Of a DNA stretch of 64,000 bases, positions 36,777 through 46,923 are shown piece after piece. Origin of the DNA: Macrostomum hystrix (taxonomy: Eukaryota; Animalia; Platyhelminthes). Within the stretch, counting starts at the first letter, position 1, and each line of letters begins with the position of its first letter. The notes beneath the pieces are model-generated. The model searched no databases, was not told the origin of the DNA, and saw nothing but the letters and a program-made list of their open reading frames with translations. The stretch lies in the NCBI GenBank assembly GCA_950097015.1, contig CATNEN010000002.1:1240001-1304000 (forward strand), read 5' to 3'. The translations under genes and the position numbers were made by a program.

Positions 36777-38117
36777 ATGGAAAGCAGAGCGTCTTTAGAC
36801 CCGTCGGAGTTTTTTATATCTGCTGAGCTGCTCGACTTCTACGAAGAGAAGCACGAAGGAGTCCAACGCTTCAAGATGATGACAAATGAAGACATTGAAA
36901 GAGAGCTGTTGGCAAGCGCACCTGCGTCAACGAGGAAAAAGGCCGATTGGGCTATGAGCGTCTTTACCACATGGCAGGAGGCCAAGAAGACTGCTTGGGC
37001 TAATGGATCTGCTCCTGGTCTGATGGTGATTAAGAGTTGCGAAGAAATGAGCAAAGCCGATCTGAACTACCTGCTTAAGTTTTTTGTATTTGAAGTGCGA
37101 ACCCACGAAGGCGAACGATACACCGCATCGACGTTAAAAGACCTGTTTTCGATGATCCAGTACTACTTTCAAAACACCCTAAAGAAGGATTGGAGTTTCT
37201 GGAAGGATCCCGAATTTTGCGAGAGTCGACGAGCGTTGGATGCCTCGATGAAGCTGTCAACGAGGGATGGAAAATGTGCTGGACTCCGTCGAGCTGAAGC
37301 AATTCCGTGGTCTGTCGAGGACGGCCTCTGGGGCTCCGAACTTCTTGGAGAGTCGATACCTCAAGCTCTGTCCAATGCGATTGTGTGGCTTGTTGGCAAG
37401 CACTTTGCTTTGCGTGGTGGTTCTGAGCTCAGAGATTTGCAATTTGAGAAGCAGATTCGACTGGATTGCGTCGATGGGAGCGAGTGCCTTAAGTACGTGG
37501 ACAATTCTGTGACGAAGACACACCAGGGCGGACTGAAAGGGTTGCGACGGGATCCGAAGGTCGTCCGTGCATTCCATTCTGATGGCCATGAGCGATGCAT
37601 CGTGTGCATCTATAAGGCTTACATCGCGAAGCGACCTGAGGACTGTGACCAAGCGCTGTTTTTGTCGCCCAATCGGTTCTGGGCTCCGGGAAAGTCTGGT
37701 GGATGGTTCACGAAAACGCCGATGGGTCGACACTCTTTGGCCGGACTTGTGTCCAACCTGATGTCTAAGGCGGTGCCGGAAGATTCTGGACGGTACACCA
37801 ACCAGAGCTTGCGGAAGACAACTGCTACCCGACTACACGACGCTGGCATTGAACGCGCGAACATTTGTCGGATCACAGGTCATAGTAGTAGTGCCGTTGA
37901 ACGCTACATTGGCATGTCTGTTAGCATGCAACGTCGTACTGGTACTAGTGCCATCATTGGCGGGAATTCGACGAGCAAGACTTCCGACGCCAATGAAGCG
38001 GCTCTCGCTGTGGCTCTGGCTGTGGATGGTCTAGAGACGCCTCTGGTGGCTCCCAACGCCAATGAAGCGGCTCTTGCTGTGGCTCTGGCTGTGGATGGTC
38101 CAGAGACGCTCTGGTGA
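36777..38117 (+). CDS. Crypton-type tyrosine recombinase (DUF3504/ZMYM-related, CryptonA-like)
   Basis: YR motifs FALRGGSELRDL (R), TKTHQGG (K), YTNQSLRKT (H-x-x-R position carrying Q), RITGH and VERY (Y). Intronless, GC-rich. Confidence 0.9.
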   Translation: MESRASLDPSEFFISAELLDFYEEKHEGVQRFKMMTNEDIERELLASAPASTRKKADWAMSVFTTWQEAKKTAWANGSAPGLMVIKSCEEMSKADLNYLLKFFVFEVRTHEGERYTASTLKDLFSMIQYYFQNTLKKDWSFWKDPEFCESRRALDASMKLSTRDGKCAGLRRAEAIPWSVEDGLWGSELLGESIPQALSNAIVWLVGKHFALRGGSELRDLQFEKQIRLDCVDGSECLKYVDNSVTKTHQGGLKGLRRDPKVVRAFHSDGHERCIVCIYKAYIAKRPEDCDQALFLSPNRFWAPGKSGGWFTKTPMGRHSLAGLVSNLMSKAVPEDSGRYTNQSLRKTTATRLHDAGIERANICRITGHSSSAVERYIGMSVSMQRRTGTSAIIGGNSTSKTSDANEAALAVALAVDGLETPLVAPNANEAALAVALAVDGPETLW

Positions 38118-39089
38118 CTCCCGACGCCAAGAAAACGGATGTCGTCGCGCTAGAGAAGGTTGGAATTGCTGTTTTGGAACCGAAAGGCAAGAAAATGAGA
38201 ATAGAAGCTGACGGAGCTAACAACAAGGTAGTGATCTATTTCGACTAATGAAGAGCGTGTAGACTTGACAATTTCGTGTAACAATTCTTGTGATGTCTAT
38301 CTGCCAGCTGCTGAGTTCGTGCTGTTTTGTCATGCTAATAAATTACTGTTCATTATGTTCTGCTTATCCTTAATTTTGAATTTTGCTATATGGCGTTTAA
38401 TGGCCCGGTCAATTAAATTACTGATTTCTTGGCCCGGCCAGTTAAATGACAGCCATAGACTGTTGGCTGGGCCATGCCGGGGATTAATGTAAATCTAATC
38501 TTATTGGTGGACAAGCCGGAAATCATTTCGTTCGGAAATTTGCTCAGATTCAGATGTCTGACTTTAGTTGGTGGCTCAGCCATATTCTCTCACATTGTCG
38601 TTTGACCACAGCGTGCAGGAATGCTTCTTTCGATTTATTATCGTGCAGGAATGTCTGTGTCTATGGTAGAAACTCACTTGACATACGTTAGCTTATCGTG
38701 CAGGAATGACTTCATTCCTGCACGATTTAACAATTTATTTTTAGAAGCAACTGAATAAGTAATCAATAACAATATGGAAGAACAAAATAAGGAGAACCGT
38801 GCAGGAATGACTTTGTCTATGGTCAAAAGACAATGATATTCCTACTCGCAAACTCGTGCGTCTATGACGAATTTCACTCACTTTGACGAATTCGAAGTCA
38901 CTTTCTCGAAAGAAATTACCATAGACACCCTTCTCATTCCCTTGAGCGCTCTATAGTTTTATATAGGCTGACGAATTCGAAGTCACTTTTGACGAATCCG
39001 AAGTTGAAAAGGTATAGTATAAACCGATTCCAACCATAGACAGGACACTTTTTTCATCTGAGTGAACCATCTAGTGTATATAGGATCTG

Positions 39090-39260
39090 TGGTCACGGCC
39101 CGCCCGCTGTGCATATCCAGGGACTTCTATATTTAGCAATCTAGATTGCTAAATATAGAAGTCCCTGGCATATCTATGGAATTCGACCATAGACAACAGC
39201 AGAGGGCGGGCTGTCGTTAGTTTCAACCTCGTTTCAACACGCGTAGGCTAACTACAATGT
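39090..39260 (+). repeat. Dispersed repeat copy A (about 120-bp core plus inserted hairpin)
   Basis: tcacggcccgcccgc...ctatggaattcgaccatagac...gtttcaacctcgtttcaacacgcg..ggctaactacaa; inverted paralogue at 42664-42771. Confidence 0.85.
39118..39167. mobile_element. 50-bp perfect palindromic mini-insertion, CAGGG...CCCTG, 7-bp TSD
   Basis: Perfect palindrome centred on tct|aga, flanked by GCATATC at 39111-39117 and 39168-39174. The paralogous copy near 42750 has the empty site. Confidence 0.85.
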
Positions 39261-39710
39261 AGCAAGTTCGCTAGTTGGTTTTGCTTGCGCGTCTTAGCGT
39301 CTTACTTTATATGTCTAAGTGCCATCCTCCCTCTCTTGTTTCTTCATATCGTAGAGGATGCCCCTCTCGGGCAGTAGCCCCTTACAACTGCGCGGCTACC
39401 CGAGCTCGCAAGACTTCTAATAAACGTAGTCTTCTGGAAAAGCACTTTGACTTGTTAGCCCAAACATCAATCCACATCATTTAGAGATATTAGAGCTTTG
39501 AGCTTTGAGCTTTAGAGCTTTGAGATATTATTATTGAAAAAGGCTTTTAGCCAATCTAATCTTATGTTGCTAATCAAAAATTGAGAATTGTTTATGATCT
39601 GTTAACGACAACAAAGTATGCTAGTCAGTTGATTCAGTTTTCTAACAAAGAGTTCGTGGATTATTTTATCAAGTCTATGATGAAGTCTAAACTTCATGAT
39701 AGAGTGTTTA

Positions 39711-42399
39711 TTAAGCTTCAGCTGAGATTCGCCACAGAGCGGCCACTGCGGCCACTGCGGCGAATGCGGTGATTTTTGGGTTGGCAGTCAGGCCCAGGGT
39801 GGACGCCGCATTGTATGCAACGTCGGAGACCGCGGTGGTGTTGGAGGCCGCGATGGTGTTGGAGGCCGCGGTGGTGTTGGAGGCCGCGGTGGTGTTGGAG
39901 GCCGCGGTGGTGTTGGAGGCCGCGGTGGTGTTGGAGGCCACGGTGGTGTTGGAGGCCGCGGTGGTGTTGGAGGCCGCGGTGGTGTTGGAGGCCACGGTGG
40001 TGTAGGGCGGTGCGTTGCACAAGTTAAAATGACATATGTGACAGTCGCCAAAGTCAAAATACTTCTTATGATTATTTATTGACCAATCGTCGCAATCGAA
40101 TGGTATATCTGCACATTTGCCGGTTATCTGAAAGGAGTCGCAGTCGTGTACCGGGTGGCCCATGCGTTTAAGGACAACCTTAAAAATACAAGAAAGCAAA
40201 GCCAGCGGTAGCTAGAGCATAATAGTTTTGGTCATAGACAAAATAGTATCTATATAGTCTGTAGCTGCCGCGAAAATTTTCGGCAACTTAGCATTAGCCA
40301 TGAATCGCGCTAAACGTTTGATGGTGGTAGACCAGCTCGCGCGGGGTATAAGCCCAGCACAGGTACCAGCTGGAGTGAAAATCAACTCAGCCGAGTACAT
40401 CCGCATGCTGCAGGATCATGTACTGCCATGGATTCGACACAACTTTGCCCCAGGTACGTTTGTTTTTCAGCAGGACGGCGCTCCTGCCCACACGGCTGTC
40501 GCTACTCAAGAATTTCTTCGCCGGGAGCTCGGCGAGGACTTCTGGGATGCGACCACTTGGCCACCATCGAGTCCAGACTGTTCCCCTCTCGATTACTTTG
40601 TGTGGAACAACGTGGCCCGCGTTGCATGTTTAACAACTTATGCTACCGTGGAGACTCTCCAAGTTGCTGTTAGTGCTGCCTGGTCAGCTCAGGGCCCTGC
40701 CGTCATCAGAGGTGCCTGTACCAAGTTTCGGTCTCGCATTGAAGCCGTGTATGCAGCGGAGGGGGGCTACATTGAGTAAATGTTATTTTTAGTTGCCATC
40801 TAGACATTATGGCGGTCAGTTAAAATGTTAAAGTTTTCGTTTGTTGGTTGTTTTTATATTAAAAATGTATATACATTTGATCATTTTTAAGTTGTCCTTA
40901 AACGCATGGGCCACCCGGTAGAGTGCAGAATTACGGTAAAATTTATTTTAACCAATCATGCGCTAACTACTCTACTCATCCGCTTAGTAGTATTTTTAGA
41001 AAATGCGAACCAAAAAGCATACATGTAAAGCATGTGATTCATTTCACCAAAAAAGACAAACGAATCAATCAAAAGTCATGTGACTACTATTAATAGTATC
41101 AAATCAATTTTTATGTCATAGACAACCAACAATCAAACTAATCATGTTACCCAAAATCAATCAAAAGGTCAATAAAGCGATAAATTATCTTTTTGCGCTT
41201 CTACTAGTTCAGTTATAAAAAAGTCTATCCTCTCAAGTTGTCAAGCGTTGACCCAGACTTTTTGACACCAGTTTGACACCTGTACACTGAACGCACTCAT
41301 CGAACCCAAGAGGGTCCGATTCTCTATAAATACAAGAGCTCCGAAGCGAGCCCAGATTCAGAGTCTCGCCGAGAAGAGGAAACGGAGAGAAGTGAATCGG
41401 ACTCCACGTCCAAGACTTGTGGTAAGAGTTCCTTGAGTTATCCTAATTAATTATTTATTAACTAGAAGTATTTCATTGAGCTAAGTTAAACCTCTCCAAG
41501 TAATCGTTCAACCAACGATTAAATCGTAGTCACAGACGTGTGATTACATTGATTATACTACAAAGGGATAAGCGCCAGACTTGTGGTAGAACCTACCAAA
41601 GCTGGTAAGAAGGAACACACTCCACAAGTGACTATTGGTTAATCGACGTCAGCGACAAATCGGCGTCAGGAAGACACAACACCGAACCTAAGTTCCCTAA
41701 TTTCTATTGGTCCGTTGTAACCGCAACTGAAGCAAAGAGAATAAATTAAATTCTCTTGTATTCGAACGATCCAGGTACCTGAAGGGCAACCCGAGGCCAA
41801 ACTCGAGCATCCGAACAATACAAACGGTCGAACCACAGTAATACCACTATCGGAGCTTCAAAGCCTGCAGCAACCGAAGAGAGACAAGAGAACAAGTAAT
41901 CAAAAGAAGGTAAGATCTACAACCTCTGCTAATTTATTTTTAATTACTGGGGCACCCAGCAGTTGCTGGAAGTGATAAATTCCTAAAAGAGAAACAAGGA
42001 ACTTATCAGTCGAGAGAGTCGAGAGACTCGCTGAAAGAAGTCGCAGTTCAACCTTTCAGAGTTAATTAGTAACCAGCACGGCTTAATAAAATCAGCAGCT
42101 TACACCGTAACCTACATTTTTGCCAATCGTGAGTTCCAAGCAATATGCTGAGCATGTTTGTGTCCGATAGCCCGGATTCGACGATGTGTACACGTAGCAC
42201 TCAATACCACTCACAATCTGAAATTCTGAAATTAAAAATTAAAACTGCAATAGTCAAGCTTACTGAGTGTCAAACTCCGAGAATACTAGACCAATATTAA
42301 GCAGTTCTGGAACTTTGATTTAATAGATACAAAGCTTTAGTACTCACCAGAGACGAGCAACACTAGCGCAATCAGTAACAGTGCCTGCAGCTTGTTCAT
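39711..42399 (-). CDS. Ly6/uPAR (three-finger)-like, putatively GPI-anchored surface protein with Ser/Thr-rich stalk, about 196 aa
   Basis: Exons 42399-42348 (signal peptide MNKLQALLLIALVLLVS), 42225-42104 (GIECY..TCSAYC) and 40127-39711 (KC..DC..DCHICHFNLCN, ASNTTA repeats, hydrophobic C-terminus). Phases match (591 nt); 8 Cys ending in CN. Confidence 0.8.
40151..40918 (+). mobile_element. Internally deleted Tc1/mariner (maT-like) element, 768 bp
   Basis: 28-bp perfect TIRs ccgggtggcccatgcgtttaaggacaac, TA duplication at 40149-40150 and 40919-40920. Confidence 0.95.
40300..40779 (+). pseudogene. C-terminal half of a Tc1/mariner transposase (D-38-D spacing)
   Basis: FQQDGAPAH...WPPSSPDCSPLDYFVW...RIEAV. 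The DNA-binding domain and first catalytic D are missing. Confidence 0.9.
41239..41817 (+). mobile_element. Possible solo-LTR-like sequence in intron 2 of the Ly6-like gene
   Basis: Starts TGTCA, TATA-like ctataaata near 41322, AATAAA near 41740 and ...AACA at 41817. A CAAGT duplication fits only a shorter TG...CA unit (41239-41624), so boundaries are uncertain. Confidence 0.3.
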
Positions 42400-42663
42400 C
42401 TTTGGGGTTGAATTCTGAGTTTAGTGATTGATTGCTGGGGTTGACTGCTGAGTTAAGTTTTAAAAAAATTTTTGTCTTGTCCTTTAGCTGCTTCGAGCTA
42501 AATAGGCTAATATGTGTATTTATACCTTTTGGCGATCTAGTTGGTCAAAACTGCGATCAATTTTGTTCTGTGGCTGAGGACTTTCGACCACAGACAAAAT
42601 TTTGGCGGGTATTATAGAATAGTATATTGTAGTTCACAGATCATATGTAATATAGAATCTGTG

Positions 42664-42771
42664 TTGTAGTTAGCCTCCGCGTGTTGAAACGAGGTTGAAA
42701 CTAACGGCAACCTGCCCGCTGCTGTTGTCTATGGTCGAATTCCATAGATATGCACTGCGGGCGGGCCGTGA
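42664..42771 (-). repeat. Dispersed repeat copy B (inverted relative to copy A, no hairpin insertion)
   Basis: Reverse complement matches 39090-39260 once the 50-bp insert and one TSD copy are removed. Confidence 0.85.
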
Positions 42772-42829
42772 ATGTGTGTGTATGATACTAATAATACCCG
42801 TGAAGTTTCACGGCCCGCCGTGAAACTGC

Positions 42830-43213
42830 CACTCAGACACCTCAAAGTTCCTCAAAGCTCAATAATATCTCAAAGCTGATATCCTACATGTCACTCAGAC
42901 ACCTCAAAGTTCCTCAAAGCTCAATAATATCTCAAAGCTGATATCCTACATGTCACTCAGACACCTCAAAGTTCCTCAAAGCTCAATAATATCTCAAAGC
43001 TGATATCCTACATGCCACTCAGACACCTCAAAGTTCCTCAAAGCTCAATAATATCTCAAAGCTGATATCCTACATGTCACTCAGACACCTCAAAGTTCCT
43101 CAAAGCTCAATAATATCTCAAAGCTGATATCCTACATGTCACTCAGACACCTCAAAGTTCCTCAAAGCTCAATAATATCTCAAAGCTGATATCCTACATG
43201 TCACTCAGACACC
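42830..43213. repeat. 62-bp tandem repeat, about 6 units
   Basis: cactcagac at 42830, 42892 ... 43202. A related inverted gagctttgag tract lies at 39483-39535. Confidence 0.95.
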
Positions 43214-44048
43214 TGCTTACTCAGACTGTTGTTTAGATGAGAACTCCAAAGTAACAATCAATACTTATAATAAATTGTTCGCCCAGTTTGCTCATTGCGT
43301 GAAAACCAACAGTCCTTGGTAAGAGAATAAAGTGCAGCCTGACCCTGAAAACATAACTTTACAACAGGAGAACTCACGGGAATGTGGATTATGAGACTGT
43401 CACACTGGAATGTAAAATGGTTATCCTGGATATTCTATTTTGAACATTATTCGGTCTCACGCCCGGTTTATTGAACTGAAGCGGAAGCATTAAATATAAT
43501 AAAGCATAGAAATCACAAAACAGCAATCAACAGTTCGTTTAGAAATTTACGGAAGCATTGGTAATGGAACTTTACCGGTTGGGTGCCGAGCAAGTTAATG
43601 GCGGTCGATCGAGGCGCGTAGCGCCGTTGCTTGTCGACCGTCATTATCGCTGAGTGATCGTTTATACCATAATACGTTGCTGAAGCCTTATAATGTTTGT
43701 TGCGGTTGTAAGTCAGGTGTTTGTCAGGTAGCACGCACAACACTGACTCGCTAGCTGCTATACGAGCGAATTCGGCAGCAACACTGGGGTGAGCGTACCC
43801 ATCCCCTCAGTAATTAGTCATGATATTGAGGATCGATAGTCGTTAATAGTTATAGCTTTCAAGTCATCGAGACTGCCACAAAACCGCTAGACTACATATA
43901 GGGAGACACAGGACTGAAGTCCTAGACGTGAAGAGCTATAGCCTTTACGGCTTGATTACAGTATAATATTTTGAAATATCTTGGTATATTACATTAACTA
44001 AAATAATTCTGGCGATTATTTGAATGTTTTGATCAGGAGGCCTGTTAC

Positions 44049-44544
44049 CAGTGGCGTATCTAGGATTTTAAAATAGGGGGGGGATAAATTAACTATTTCA
44101 ACTATCAGAGAAAATGAGTCGCATGCTGCTGCTAAAAAACTGAAATAAGCTTTTGTAGTCCATTTGCAGACAACGATTTCGCAACCTTTTTAATTACTTT
44201 GTTATACTTTATGGGAAAAATATGGAGTAATGATTATGAATTTATTGAAGCTCATTGAAAAATGACTCCGTAGAAAAGGGTATTTGATGAAGGGAAAATA
44301 AGAGGGGGGTCCGGGGGGCTATGCCCCCCGGTGGAAAAATTTCTGGTGGGTGAAGAGGAAAAGTGATACGAAAGGTGACAGAAAAAATGAATAATTCAGA
44401 ACATCATTGTGCCGAATAACGACATTACGACTATGACATTCCGCCATAACGTTCGTCTTCGACTTTTCGTGGGTTGGTGACACTCTTCGGTCGGCGAAAT
44501 GGGGGGGGATATATCCCCGTATCCCCCCCCTAGATACGCCACTG
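44049..44544. mobile_element. hAT-type MITE, 496 bp
   Basis: TIRs cagtggcgtatctagg / cctagatacgccactg; 8-bp TSD CCTGTTAC at 44041-44048 and 44545-44552. Confidence 0.93.
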
Positions 44545-46039
44545 CCTGTTACAATATTTAATCAGCAACTCTGTCTGTCATGATGATAGGAGTTATTGTT
44601 TGAGTTAAGGTAGGGTTATGAGAATGTCACTGTCTTCTTTGACGGGAACTCTAGACAGTATAAAAATTGAGTTATGCTAATTAAGTGAAGATCAGGTGAA
44701 AAATAGAGTGCTTAATTTAGGGCGTTATGGTACAAGCAACCGTCTCATGCTCAGTAGGTTCACTGGGGACATTAGGCAACAACTTTAATTATTTATAGAT
44801 TGAAACGAAATACGTCACAGCTAGATGCACATAAAGAAAAGTTATTGTTTCGCTGGCACATTATATGAAATTCTTTCACATCAATAAATAGTTCCATCCA
44901 GGGCTTTCTGAAGTTAAGAAGATATTTTAAATTTTACTAATGTTATCACCCTCTGAGTTTGCGCCCTCTGAAAGGCAAATTTTCGGGGAGGGGGCAAGTG
45001 GCCTTCAAAACTTTCTACAAAACACAATGTCAGTGCTATGGAGAAGCACCCTCCCTTGTCTTTTAAGTGCATACCAATAAGTCATTCCCTATTTTTCAAT
45101 GCACACCCCTATGATCCGTTTCTTTGTTCTCCCATCATAAATCTCGTTTCATAGCAATGCGTCTGCCACCTTCACCATTCTTTAGTTTTCCCAGTCGCGC
45201 GCCCACACACACACCCACTGACCTGCTGGAGAAAGCACGTGATCTGCTGTCTGGAAAGCAGGTTGAAATGGAGTCATTTTCGACTCAAACGCGTTTCGCA
45301 GTTTTCCATCTTATGTACTTGCGCCTCGCAGACTCTCCACGCGACGCACTTTGCGATACGCCATTTGCTGCAAACACGAAAACCAATAACAGCTTAAGAA
45401 CATGCTGTATAAGTACGGTAGAGAAATGCGTTTCCATCTCTCTCGCTCTCCTCACATTCTCTACTCGCAAACTTTGAGTTATGCGAGACACAGATGACAT
45501 TACAAGAAACCAATTAAGACAACTACTCAGTTCAAAGTAACATAGAAAGAAACCTACTCAGACCACCAGCCGAGAACTACTGTACTCGTAGTACACATAA
45601 GTTTAAGCTGCCTTTCTCTTATTGTTTCATTTTGATTGTAACACCTTGTTTAATTGTTTAACGCATTGATTCGGAAATATAACATCATAAAGAAGGTTCA
45701 AAATCGCAAGAAGGTCGCACTTTTTATTTGTTGTCATTAGTTCTTTCTACCGAGTCTCCGAGCAGACTGGGAACACGGGAGACAGTAAAGTATTTCAAGG
45801 TCAGGGTCGGGCTTGTCAAGCCATTATGGCGTGCGAGCGTGATCTCGGACCCTTTAGAAGCAGGTGGCGCGGCATCATTAGCATCTTTAAGTGAGCGCAG
45901 CCGTCCCCAACCGAGGTCACTTTGCGCGCGCCGTCTGACCCTGCCTTCAGCCAGACGGCGATTACAATTAACTTTAATATGTATGTGATATGCCTCTAAA
46001 TGTAAGAATGTAAGATCATCAAACTGAACACTCTAGACT

Positions 46040-46384
46040 TTAGGAAGGGCCCTCTGCCTTCGCTGCATTCCCAGGAATCCCCGATGCAAAATTCGTCTCT
46101 CTTTGCTGACCGATTTTATCCCTGAGAATACCTCGCATAGTCTTCGGCCATAGATCCTGAGGATAGGCCTGAAGTACATCCTCTATCCTGAGCGGAAGCC
46201 CCGTTCGGTCAGTGTCAGTTGGTTTTTTGCTGTCCCATAGGAGGCAGCCCTGCCTCACTACACAAGTTACTACCTTTCGCATTGGTCCCTGTGATCTTGG
46301 CCACTCATCACACCAAAATCTACCAAGGTCATCATAGGTGAACTTAAAGTATAGATTCGGAGAGACGAGGCTCAGTTCTCCCAT
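46040..46384 (-). CDS. Possible small protein of unknown function (114 aa)
   Basis: ATG follows a ttttctatag acceptor-like site; non-repetitive, protein-like composition; no family recognised. Confidence 0.3.
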   Translation of the reverse strand: MGELSLVSPNLYFKFTYDDLGRFWCDEWPRSQGPMRKVVTCVVRQGCLLWDSKKPTDTDRTGLPLRIEDVLQAYPQDLWPKTMRGILRDKIGQQRETNFASGIPGNAAKAEGPS

Positions 46385-46923
46385 AATTGCTAACCCTCAG
46401 GAGAATCCCCTATAGAAAATTACATAAGAGTGGCGAAAAAAACATCCCTTCAGAGGCGTACGTATAGTATACCTGTACTATATGTAGGTGGAAAGTACTT
46501 TAAAATAAATTGCGATTCATACACAGTCTACTATAATATTCTTATTACTGGTTTGAGGATTTGGCTAAGAAACATGCTGAGCATTTCAAGACGCATATTG
46601 GTTAGGACACTAGCGATATTCCTTTAATATTAAATTAGATGCTACTAAAAAAAGAAGTAAAACACTCTAATAGTCCAATATACAAATAGTTACGCAAACA
46701 AGATTGCGGTAGACAAATAAGTTTCCTTTGGACCTTGCAAACTGCATCAATGTACAACGGATACGATTTCGGAATAAATATGGCATGTTTGTGCTACTGC
46801 TTTATACTACCAGCCCACTTAATTCAGATGGCAAATTTGTTTGCAAAGGCAGAATCCTATAGATCTGCTACGATCGTAATCCAGTGTCATTTTATGTCAT
46901 TATATGCAACTGCAGCTCATAAG

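Noticed and set aside
36641-38503. TAATCTTA at 36641-36648 and 38496-38503 as Crypton terminal direct repeats
   Set aside because: An 8-bp match is likely by chance given the flank lengths searched; needs a multi-copy alignment.
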